Shown piece after piece: positions 11,223 to 21,872 of a stretch of DNA of 40,622 nt. The notes under the pieces were generated by a model, which saw only the letters and a program-made list of their open reading frames with translations, made no database searches and was not told where the DNA came from. The DNA is from Craspedostauros australis (taxonomy: Eukaryota). Position 1 is the stretch's first letter; each line of letters starts with the position of its first letter. The translations under genes were made by a program, and so were the position numbers. The stretch covers positions 1-40,622 of the forward strand of contig JALAGF010001574.1 of assembly GCA_030167865.1 (NCBI GenBank), read 5' to 3'.

Positions 11223-12035
11223 TCAGTACAAGGCTGGCAACTTCACGTTGAGCGTGCGCACCGATTTGTCGTTGGACAGGTTCGTGCGTTCATGCACCAA
11301 ACCTTCGATGGAGATCCATGGCTTGCCTGGCTTGACATCGCTCTTGCGGAACAATCCGAACCAGTACACGGTGGAGATAGTGATGTGGATATTCCCCTGC
11401 GAGACGTACAGGTTCACGATGATCTCGTTGTGGTCGCCCGAGGAATCGACGGAGGAGTCCGTGCGGTTCGATTCTGGGTTCGCCACCTTTTGCCCGGAAC
11501 GTGAATCGATGGGTTGCAGCAGAAGCTCTGCGCTGCCAAGGAAGGAATTGAGTTGGAAGTATGGATCGGCCGATGCTGTCGTTTGGGCGATGCGCAGGAT
11601 GATGGATCGGTACAGCTCCGCGGGTTGCAGATTGCCGTTGGCATTGTCGCAGAGCTTGTCGCACAGACTTCGCAGTGTGGTCAGAGCGGTGTTGTTGCGA
11701 CTCGTCCTCAGTTCCACGGCCGGACGGAATGTGGTGCCGTTCAATGTGACCATCTCGGTCTGCAATTCCGTCTCCAAATCCTCGAGCGATCCATCGTAAG
11801 CCGGTACCGGATCCAGATACACGCAAGAAAGGTACTTGACCTCCTTCATCGATCGCAAGATCATGCGTCGGTCGTTGGCTCTGGCGTAACGTGTGATGCT
11901 GGTACGCAGCTGCTGGATCTCTTGCTCGACCTTCTGTTGTTGCGACCTCGCGTCTGATTGCGAGTACGACGACGCGAGCGTCATGGACGATGTAGCCATC
12001 GTTGCGGCGTTGCTGATAGCGGCTGTTTTGGACAT
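11223..12035 (-). CDS. Hypothetical globular protein
   Basis: 270-aa ATG ORF with coding-like codon use, a coiled-coil start and a beta-rich C-terminus (IIVNLYVS, IHITISTVYWFGLF, VRTLNVKL). Family not recognised. Confidence 0.75.
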   Translation of the reverse strand: MSKTAAISNAATMATSSMTLASSYSQSDARSQQQKVEQEIQQLRTSITRYARANDRRMILRSMKEVKYLSCVYLDPVPAYDGSLEDLETELQTEMVTLNGTTFRPAVELRTSRNNTALTTLRSLCDKLCDNANGNLQPAELYRSIILRIAQTTASADPYFQLNSFLGSAELLLQPIDSRSGQKVANPESNRTDSSVDSSGDHNEIIVNLYVSQGNIHITISTVYWFGLFRKSDVKPGKPWISIEGLVHERTNLSNDKSVRTLNVKLPALY

Positions 12036-12666
12036 GATTGATGCTTAGTCGATGCTGAACGGGATTGTCAAGGAGGTGACGATCAGGTGATGAATGAGTG
12101 TTGGTGATGAAATAAGAATGGAAACTGATGAATGAAGTAATGAATGATTGAATCAGGCCAAAGCGCAAATGATGTTGATGGGAAATAAGGAACCTTCGTT
12201 GTTGGGTTTCTGTTGGTTGTCTGTGATGAATGAGTGGCGTGTTGGTGGAATCGAACGTGTGTGTCGGATGTGATGCTGCGAGCGTTGCACTATCGGTGAT
12301 GCGATTGCCGTTTCAGCCACTGCTCGTCGTTGTGTTTGTGTATCGGCAAACGAACGCCCGTTCAGTTGCGGGAACATTTGTGCTTTCGCCAAACCGGAGA
12401 TCAATTTTTGTGTGAGCAAAAACGATCAAAACGCCGACATGGCGGTTAAGGACGTTAAGTTTGTATTAACAAATATTCAGCTTTGTAGGTGTTGATCTGA
12501 GGTTGTATTCCCATCAAAGCTCGCGTGTTTAAGATGCAGTCTATGAGATCGGAATGTAGTCGTAGCAATGTCCGCGCAGGCACGGATGGAGCCCGACTAG
12601 GTCGAGGTGGAGGGACTTCATGCCATACGAGCTGCTCGTACCACAACCCACAATTGTGCTGCCATC

Positions 12667-14764
12667 TCATCTCGCCGCACGTTCGTCCACCACGCTCATT
12701 TCCATCAAACCACTATCACACGACGAATCGTTGTCATCGTCATCGTATTCGTAGACTCGATCATCATCGCTGTCGTCCTCCGATTTTGCATTCTCTGCAT
12801 CTGTTGCGTCAGCTGCGACGTCAGCTGCTGCCTCCGGTGGTTGGCCTTGCTGGGATCCTTTCTGATGACCGATGCCTGGCGATGTCGGCGATCGCGATGA
12901 TGATAGCGACAGCGACGACGAGCAGGAACGTACCGAAGCCTCCATGCCATCGTTCTCCGTGTCGGTTTGCTGCCCGTAGGACAGTGAGCCATCGTCGACG
13001 TCGTTGGCACACAGTGGGCACGTGTCATGATCGATGCTCCATTCTTGCAGACACCGTGCGTGGAACACATGATTGCAAAATGGATCACCAGACCAGCACA
13101 GCTTCCGGCTCTTGCCCCTGCTGCGGCTTGGGTTGCGGCAGACCGCACATACCTGATGCGCGGTCCCACCCATGTCACCTTCGTCACTGACGTTGCCGTC
13201 AATGTCCGATTCCGCAGCAGCCTGCAAGGAACCATGCGTGTAGATACTTTCGGAGCTTATCGTTCGATCGTCCAGTTCCTGTAATGCGCGCGATTCCGCA
13301 CGTCGCAAGATGCTTTCGGCTGCCAGATCTCCCAAATCCAAACTGATGGTGGCTTCGCTGACCAACCTTGGATCGTCGGCATCGTTATCGTTGCTGCTGC
13401 CGCTGCGAGGATGATGTTGCTCGCGATTGTAAGGATGTCGTGACTGTTGCAAGCTCGTCGCAACGCTGTTTATGCGAGAAGCGCTGGCATGCAACCGAGC
13501 GCGCCTTTCACTGTCGGCTTCACGAGTCACCCACTCATGTTCAAGGTTTGCTTCGCTGGTGCGGCTCCAAGTATCCTCTTCAAAACATTCAAGGGGAGTT
13601 CGGCGGCGATGGTTCGATGAAAGCAGATTGATATTCGTCTGCGACGGCTGGCTTGCCGCATTGACTGCACCCTCTTCAGTCTCACCAGGATGCATAACAA
13701 AGTCATCACTGACATCAGCATCGTTGTCATCGTCATCGTCATCATCATTGACTTCATGATCCAGCGAGATGTTGAAAAGTCGAGAAAAGTATGCCCGATC
13801 CTCTTCCAAAGCATCCCGTATCTGAAACAGTGACGACTGCTCCGCTTCGAATTCGTTCTGTGCCGACTGCGACTCGACTTCGGACTCTTCGTCATCGCTC
13901 AACGCCAAGAAGTTCTGTCTGCAGCAGGGACACTGGCTGTGATCAGACAGCCATTGGATCACGCACTGTTTATGAAAGTGATGGTTGCATCGTCGATTGT
14001 GCGACCAGCACACGACATCGTCGAGCTCGTATTCGACGAGACAGATGGGGCAGATCATGTCATCCTCGATGTGGCAAACGATGTCATCGCCTGGTTTGTT
14101 TTCGACGACCAAAGTGATGGGCCGAGTTTGAACTGGCTGGCAAATCGGCGTCAGGGTTGATCTCTGCTGCTGCTGTTCTGGTTGCATTTGTTGTTTGCTA
14201 TCTGCTTGTATCATCTTCTGCTCGCAGCGGTCACAGTCGGATAGATAGCACATTGTCGCCATCATGGAAATAAGTGTTGCGCGATTGGTGAGTGAAGATT
14301 GTTTGCTCGTCAGGACACACGATGACAGAAATGAAATCGACAAGATGCGAGACAGAATGCATATGTGGGTGACCAGAGTACCTCCTCAGATTCCGCCGCG
14401 TGCACGCATACGGACACCGCGCGAGCAAGAGCATGTTGCGTACCTTCGTAATCAACAGATTCGACACAAACTCTTTGCGATCCTCCCTCGCCTCGTCCAC
14501 CAAATTCGATCGATGGCCCAACGCAGACCGTAGCTGCGTGAAGATGATGGTCTCGAAGTTGTCGCCACCCTCCAGATCGACCACGACTTCGATGTTGACG
14601 TTTTCCTCGTCGCCAGAATCGGCGGAGGGGGTCTGTGCTGCATGGCTGCGTCGTCGGCGCAGGTGTATTTCTCGAACGGCGCAGAGGATGGTGAGGGATA
14701 TGAACATCACGATCCACAGAACGATGCTGCTCGCATCGTCCCATGGGCCACAATCCGAGCACAT
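12667..14764 (-). CDS. Transmembrane RING-H2 E3 ligase with two RING domains (2 exons)
   Basis: Exon 1 14764-14444 (TM IVLWIVMFISLTILCAV followed by RRRR). Intron 14443-14218 (AAG|GTACGC...GCAG). Exon 2 14217-12667 is in frame. RING1 CPIC...CNHHFHKQC...W...CPCC at 14052-13921; RING2 CAVC...CNHVFHARC..EW...CPLC at 13149-13009. Confidence 0.85.
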
Positions 14765-14765
14765 C

Positions 14766-14801
14766 GTGCGTATGGATGTGCGTATGGATGTGCGTGTGGA
14801 T
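14766..14801. repeat. 3 x 12-bp tandem repeat GTGCGTRTGGAT
   Basis: gtgcgtatggat gtgcgtatggat gtgcgtgtggat, immediately upstream of the minus-strand ATG at 14764. Confidence 0.9.
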
Positions 14802-15443
14802 TGACAATCGGGTGTCGCACGCACTCGTTCTCGATGGGATACAGAGACAAAGAAAGGGAGAGGGAGAGCAGGTATGTTGGGCACCTCCTCTGTCTGCACA
14901 GGCAAGTCCGGCACTGTCTCTTTGCCTTCGAGATGCGTCTCTCTTTGTGGGTGGGTGTCGATTTTAGATCTCCCACCAGGATGATGTGTGCCGCAAGGCG
15001 CAGTATCACCAATCGAATAAAGTGCAATAACAGATAACTGTGGCTGTACATATGTTCAGCAACAGATTGTAGTTCGGCAGAGTTGTGATGGTGGTGGTGT
15101 GGTTGTTGTTCCGTCTGCCTTGTTCTGCAAATGCGATCTTTGGGAGAGTGACGTGATTGGTTTAATTGCCTCCTTATTCGTCTGGCCGCGTACGCGACTG
15201 GTCACTTCTCCCTCTGTTTCGCCAAAAGGACGCACAAAGTTGATGCCTTTCTTCTTTCGTTGTTTGGCTTCTCCTGTTTCTGTGTGGCGATCAACTCGCA
15301 CAAGTACCACTACACACGACATGGTGGACCATGAGCAACCACATACCACTATAATAGTGCAGGAGCATTCTATTATATGAGCGTTGTCTTCGCACGTCCC
15401 TCCCTCTATCTTCGAACCAGATCCGCAGCCGGAGACGAAGACC

Positions 15444-16742
15444 ATGGTTGCAAGACGAGGATGCCGCAAAGCCGTTCTGACATGGAGCGTTCTGGCCATC
15501 CTATCATTGAGCGTCATCCTTAGCAATCAGAAGTCCTTGCGCGCTGTCTCACAAGCAGGACAACCCTGGCAACCTACGGCAGGCGATCCAGCAGTCCATC
15601 GAGAACCATTGATGCCAACCCAGCCTCCTGCAACTCTGCCTACTCCCGCTACAAAGAATAAGCGTCACCACAAGGCGACCATCGTTGTGCAGCTGTCCGG
15701 TGAGATGGCGAACAATCTGCAGCACATCGCCATTGGCAAAGGATTGCAGTGGTGGTTGCAGGATGAATTCGACATTCGCAGCAACATCATCGTGCGTTCG
15801 TTCGCCATACGCAATCAGGCGGAGAAGCCCACATGGAAGTACGCGAGGACCGCGATCCAATCCTGCTTTCCGCACCTGGCGGATTGGGACTTCAAGGCGG
15901 GCAACGCGCAGGAGTACCTCTTGCGGAACCGGCAGCAGAATGCGTGGAATGAGGGCGATGTCGATGCCATGCAAGGGTTGGTCAACAGCTGGAAGGCGGA
16001 TGAGATTCATCAGGGATTGCGAAAGTTCCGCGATCTGCTGCAGCACCCCACAAGGCCGACGGTGCCTGCCGATGCGATCATCGGGATACCATTCATCTAC
16101 TCGCAGTCGTTGGATCCATATCCCATCATTGATCGGTACTACACGAGATTACGCGATTTCTTCCAATTCAACGACGCGTCTTCCTACTGCTGCGAGAAGC
16201 GGCCCCAGCCAAATGAAAGCGTTCTGCATTTCCGTAACTACCAAAGCGAGCTGGGTGCGAGCAAAGCTTTTCACATGGGATTCCCCGACATCACCCCGGA
16301 TCACACCACAAAGCACATATTTCCGCATGCCACACAAATGAAGACCATCACGATCACGATGGAAAACCCCTCGTCCTCCCGATCCTCGAACCAACCTGCC
16401 GCCGTCGCCATCACCACGCGGATCCCCAATGGCAAGGCCAGAGCCCATGTTGATGCATTGACCAATGCCGGCATCCCATCCCACCTCATTGAGAATCAGA
16501 GCGGCGTGCAAGATTTTTGCTTCCTCAAATCCACCAAGCAGGAGTTGATCGGCAACGCACGTTCAACGTACGTCCTGTGGGCTGGATTGTTGGGAGATCC
16601 CAAGTCGCTGCGTCTCTACCACATCAATTCGAAGGGTCTGCGCGCTCGGCATTCTGACCACTTCATGAACCGCTTCAGCTATAACTTCACGATCGACCAG
16701 TCCCTGCAAAGGAAGGTCCGGTTCGAATTGTATCCAGAATGA
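15444..16742 (+). CDS. Type II membrane GT11-like (alpha-1,2-fucosyltransferase-like) glycosyltransferase
   Basis: ATG at 15444, N-terminal anchor AVLTWSVLAILSLSVILS, Pro-rich stem. Motifs VQLSGEMANNLQHIA (cf. GGLGNQMFQYA), VLHFRNY (cf. HVRRGDY) and DFCFL...RSTYVLWAGLLG (cf. DL.LM...NSTFSWWAAYL). Confidence 0.75.
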   Translation: MVARRGCRKAVLTWSVLAILSLSVILSNQKSLRAVSQAGQPWQPTAGDPAVHREPLMPTQPPATLPTPATKNKRHHKATIVVQLSGEMANNLQHIAIGKGLQWWLQDEFDIRSNIIVRSFAIRNQAEKPTWKYARTAIQSCFPHLADWDFKAGNAQEYLLRNRQQNAWNEGDVDAMQGLVNSWKADEIHQGLRKFRDLLQHPTRPTVPADAIIGIPFIYSQSLDPYPIIDRYYTRLRDFFQFNDASSYCCEKRPQPNESVLHFRNYQSELGASKAFHMGFPDITPDHTTKHIFPHATQMKTITITMENPSSSRSSNQPAAVAITTRIPNGKARAHVDALTNAGIPSHLIENQSGVQDFCFLKSTKQELIGNARSTYVLWAGLLGDPKSLRLYHINSKGLRARHSDHFMNRFSYNFTIDQSLQRKVRFELYPE

Positions 16743-16861
16743 ACACATGCGTCCATGCTTCTCTTTTGAGGTGGACCCAACGTCGAAGATCAACGTCATG
16801 CGACGTAATTCCGTGCAGCCTCATGTCGTCATGCTCTACTAGTACATGCCGCAAGAAACGA

Positions 16862-19800
16862 TCACAGCTCAACTATGGAAGACAATTGTCCATCTTGTCT
16901 CGGGGTTCCACCATCCCCTTGGAATGTCGTGGGTTGATTGCTGATCGACTGATTGTTCGAATTCATTCGCATCGGCACCCCGCCGTTCTGCGACGCGGCT
17001 GATGCAGCGGCAACAGTGGTGGATGGCATCATCATCCCGGGAATCATGTAAGTTAGAGGATGGCTGTTGGCATGTAGATTGTGCATAGCCATCGGGTTGT
17101 TTGCACCTGGAAGGTTGAGCATGAGAGGCGGGGGTGGCTGTGCCTGCGCGTGGTGGCCAACCATTCGCTGCTGATGCTGCTGTTGATGCGGATGCATCGC
17201 TTGAAATGCCGCGGGGTGATGTGGAAGACCGTGAGGAAGCTGTCCTGGAGGCAGAGCATGAGCCAAACCGTGATGCTGCATGGCTGCCGGCATTTGCGGC
17301 GGTTGTGCTGCCGCTTGCGCCTGGGCTCGTGCCTGCGCTTGTGCATGCGCCTGAGCTCGTGCCTGTGCTTGCACATGTTCTTGCGCTCGTGCCCGGGCCT
17401 GTTCTTGTATCGATGGCTGTGGTGGCGGTTGCTGCTGATGCTGCTGCTGTTGTTGGGTTGCCTGTGCGTGCATTTGTAGCTGCGGATGTCTGCTTTGCAG
17501 AATCGGCGAGAGCAGTGTCGCGGCGGGCGGAAGCGTGGGTTGCACTGGGCTCTGCAACGGAGGTGGAGATTTGAGCTGCATCACGCCAGCGATATTGGCT
17601 ATGGTCGCGAGCGAGGATGCCACCTTCGGATTCTGACTCTGCGCCTGCTTCCCAAGGTCCAAGAACCGGCGCACTCGCTCTTCTGCTGGCAGAGACGATG
17701 CAATGATAGACGCTGCTTGCCACGCAAACGGATCCTGCTGTCGCAGCTGCGATTCGTAATTGTTCAGCAACGACATCTGTCCTTGCTGATTCTGCTGTGG
17801 TGTTTCGGTATCTTCGCCGTTGTCTTCTTCGTTCTGCTTCGTCGTCTGTCCTTCGGCAACTCCAGCCACGGGGGATACTCCAGGTGTGGGATCCGGCAGG
17901 TCTTCCAGATTTCTTGTCAACGCCGAGGCATCCGGAATAGACATGGCTGTGGCAGACATAGACGCGTCCTTCGAATCGCCATTGCTCGATAGATCCAATG
18001 AAATGGAGCCATGTGCTGACGAGATTGCCCCTTTGCTTGTTGTCTTCGCCGGTGAGTTAGTGCTTTGGGCTTCTGGGGATGCTATTGACGGGCGTGTCTT
18101 CTTCCGTACCAAGTATTGGCACAACTGCTTTTCCCCTCGTATGAAAAAACCTTGTGGATGACCGTCTGCGAAAGTGTGGTGAGAAGGCAACGATCGTGGC
18201 AACGTGGGAATCATCCGGCATCGCGAGACGTGCAAGAGTTGGTGAGGGATGGCTTGTTGGTCGCTTGGTTGGTTCCTCGGTTCATTCATTCAATGATCAA
18301 GTCGTTGCTGAACTCGTCGCCCTATGCTATGCGGGGCATCAGCGTTACGTGCACGCATACAAATGCACGCATATATATGCACGCGAATGTGTTTGGCAGT
18401 AGTAACAACAAGAGCAATCACATCAACACCAACAGCAGCAGTGACAAGGCGCCATCGCAACTTACAAGAACCTTTGTCCAACCCGCTCGTGTGACGCAGG
18501 AATCCCCAAAGATTGAGCTGACGCGTGAAGGATTTGTAGCTGCGTTGGTTGCTGAACTTCGGCAGCAGCAGTTCCTCCAGTTTGGTCGTGTCGTATGTTT
18601 GGAAACAGTTGCCGGACGGTCTCCATGAGATGATGTCGCTGTATCCGAGTCGATCTGCATTGTCCAGCAGATCGTGCAGCTTGCTGGGGAACAGCGTTGT
18701 GTAGTCATCCGTGATGGGGGCTCTCGGTTTCAATTGCGAGACCGGCATGGTGTTGCTTGGCTTCGACTTGGACTTGCGTTTTTGTGCCGGCTTTGTTTCT
18801 GTGGGCTTTCGCTGTACCAATGTGGGGACCGCGGTCATTGCGTTGCTCTTGTTTGCTGATGATTCACCCTGACCTTGTCGTGCACCTTTTGACTCCTCGA
18901 CATTCGTGATCATATCCGAGAAGCAGTTAGATGCGGCCTCAGCAAACGAATCCATCGCATTTGCTGTCGCTGTGAGCGATTTGCGTTTGGGGGTCTCCTT
19001 TTTCGCTATCAGCATGGCCCTCTCCAGTTTCTGCTTTGTGGCCTGTACGTACAGGTGCGCGAAAATGCAGGCAAGTTGAAGTGGGAGAACGACGGGCGGG
19101 GGCAAGAGAGAGGTGAGCTGTGTATGCATGATGCATGAGATGTCAGAGCGCGATGCTCCGGTTCCAATCGCCGCGTGAAATGAAGCAAATGCACATGGTG
19201 AAACAGTGCGAGTGTTCTACCCGTGGAAAACAAGTGCGGTGGAGCCTCGTCAAGATACAAGCATGCATCGGAGATGAACGGATGCGAGCGCTTACCTGCG
19301 TTACTCGGAATAGCTGGACATGCTGCGGTGTCCGAGGCAGCGGCTTGAAACGAGCGTCGCCTGCGTTGTGAGTACCGCCCAGCATGATATCCGTCAGACT
19401 TTGCGGGTTGCATTGCACCTGATTGGACAGGTAGGTCCGGAGGATGGTGCCTCTGGGAAGATCGAGGAGGCCATCATGGAAGCCTTGCACGAAATGGCGA
19501 ATGAATGCCTGTTCTTCCTTGGAGAAGGATTTCCGCAGCGGGAGATCGCCGACGTTCACGATGCCGTTGAGACGAGGCAAGTTCGGATTCATAAGTGACC
19601 TATTGTGGTGTCCATTCGATGATCGAGAGTTGCGTGCAGCGGGTTTTCTTTGCGCCGCTCTGTTGGAAGAGAACGGCGACGCAAGATTCGTCCTTTTCAC
19701 GTTGTCGTCGTCATCGTCGTCATCGTCGTCGTCGTCGTCGTCCCTGCTATGACTATCACTGTGATCGCCAGCGTTCTGCGTTGCCTTCGCTGTCGCGCGA

Positions 19801-20823
19801 ATTCTCCTTCTTGGCATCGAGCGTGTTGGAAGCTGGGCGGAGTCCTCTTTCTTGATGCTGCAAAGCGCAACGTTGCTGCGACTGACGCTGGCGCTGCTGT
19901 CACTGCCATCATAATCTTCGTCGTCGTCGTCGTCGTCGTCGTCTGGGCTGCTTTGGTGCAATTTCTTCCTGCGCTTGTTGGAAGCAGTTGCCCCATGGTG
20001 GTCGTTGTTTTTGCCTTTGCCATTACGATGCTCATCAAAGTAGTAGAAATCATCCCCCCTCGGCCCGTTCGAGACCGAGCTTCGGGCCCGGCGTAGGCCG
20101 TGGCGTCTCGACTGAGATGCGCCACTGCCTTGATCGTCATTGTCATTGTCACTGTCACTGTTGCTGCTGCTGGATTCGTTGCGGAACCTGCTGACACTGG
20201 TTCTCGCTGTCTTGGGACGTCTGGTCCGATCGATCGTCAACAGCAATGACCTGCGTGACCCGGGGTGGCTTCCATTTGTCAGGTGTTCCTTCGATGGATC
20301 TGACGACCGCTTTTGCGCGGCAGCAACAAACCAATCGATGAGATCATCCTTGATGTCTTCGTTGTCGATGGATTCCTCATCGTACTCCACTGTGTAATGC
20401 CGTCCTCTGTGCGATTTGATGGTTCCGTTGTACCACCGTTTGTTTGGGAAGCGCTGGTGGTTGTTGGAGAGGAGGCGGACGGTAATTAGTGACGAATAAT
20501 TGCATCGACGAGGCGATGGAGGTGCAGGAATTGAAAATGTAGAATATGAAGAATGGGGGCAATTGGATCGTTGAGCTGAGTGGAAGCGACGGATGGGGGC
20601 GGCATACTATATAGTGGAGTAGACAAACAAGGAAACCTGGAGACACCGTAGGAGCAGGCGTTAGAGGACTGACCTTGGCGATTTTGGTCCCGATGGCGTG
20701 CTTCAGCTTGCTGGCGCCGGTCTCTTGCTTCTTCGAATTCAAAGCGGCCACGGCCTTGGGGTCGTCCGGCGTGTCATCCGAGTATCGCACCACCGGCCTG
20801 GACTTGCGTCTTGTTCTCTTCAT
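16862..20823 (-). CDS. Four-exon multidomain transcription factor: Tudor-like + Myb-like helical domain + HSF DNA-binding domain + Q/P-rich tail (~1062 aa)
   Basis: Exons 20823-20674, 20453-19296, 19042-18466 and 18165-16862. Introns GTCAGT..CCAG, GTAAGC..ACAG and GTAAGT..GCAG all keep the frame (3189 nt). HSF DBD: FPSKLHDLL...IISWRPSGNCF...YKSFTRQLNLWGF...GSYGHPQGFFIRG (Tyr codon split by intron 3). The HSF call is strong; joining exons 1-2 to exons 3-4 is less certain. Confidence 0.75.
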
Positions 20824-21221
20824 CTTGGTTGTATTGGAGCGAAAGCAGTTGTTCCTGATGGTTGTGATCAATGGTCGTGATCAATGGTTGTGGTGGTCGA
20901 GTGATGGAGTGAGGAGTGGAAACGTCACTTGAAGGTGTCTCCACTCTCCTCAGCTCTGTTGTTCTCAGGATTCTCCTGCTGCGCCTTGTGAGAATGCAGT
21001 TGGTAGGTGTTGTGTCTGCGCTTGCGCTTGTGTTTGTTCTTGTTCGACGTTTTGGAGAGGACGAATGAGAAGCCCAGTCACGATCGCGCCGATACAACAG
21101 GTGGGAGAGGCGATTGTTTGTGTTGGTGTGCTCTGTTCGTTGTATCCTTGTGCTGGTTGGGGTGTTGGTCGTGGTCGTGGCTGTGGCTGTGGTTGGAAAA
21201 GCACCGCGAACAAGAGAGAGC

Positions 21222-21252
21222 GTCGATGTCGATGTCGATGTCGATGTCGATG
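21222..21252. repeat. (GTCGAT)n hexanucleotide microsatellite, ~5 copies
   Basis: gtcgatgtcgatgtcgatgtcgatgtcgatg, between the divergent HSF-type and SWEET genes. Confidence 0.9.
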
Positions 21253-21793
21253 ATGTTTGCCTTGGAAGGTGAATCAACAACGAAGGTGAGATGAGGTGTG
21301 ACGTGCTGTGTCTTTGTCGACCTCTGCCATCCTCCATTCATCACGAACGAGATGATGATCTGTTGTTTGGAGTAACATTGCTTTGAAAGGATTCCAACGC
21401 CTGCCAGCTGCGTTCACGACCGTTGGCTCTGTGTTCGGCCCTGTGGGTTTTCTGCTGTTGTCGTCTCTTCTTTGTGGCGCGAAACCAACAGGACCCACAT
21501 TTGATTGACTCGACTAAAAGGGCCTAGCGTGTTTCATTGTACGTGAATGAGCGTAGATTCACAAACCGGTTGTGCTTCCTCCACCCACTTTCTCAACAAG
21601 AAGCGGTTTGCCACAAAACAGAGCCATTCCCAAATCAGGAGGATGTCTGTTGTGATGATCCACAACCAACATTGTCATAACACTACAAACCCAAGTTCAT
21701 TCAAGTCAAGTAACAAGGAAGAAGTGGTAGACTGCATTTCCCTCAGACATCTCGGATAGAAGACCATTCTCTCTGCCCCTCTCCCTCTCTCAG

Positions 21794-21815
21794 TCTCTCT
21801 CTCTCTCTCTCTCTC
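21794..21815. repeat. (TC)11 microsatellite just upstream of the SWEET ATG
   Basis: Read directly from the sequence. Confidence 0.95.
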
Positions 21816-21872
21816 AGTACTAGTACAACGATCACGCGTACGTAGCAGAGAGTCCAGTTCAATTCCGCGACC

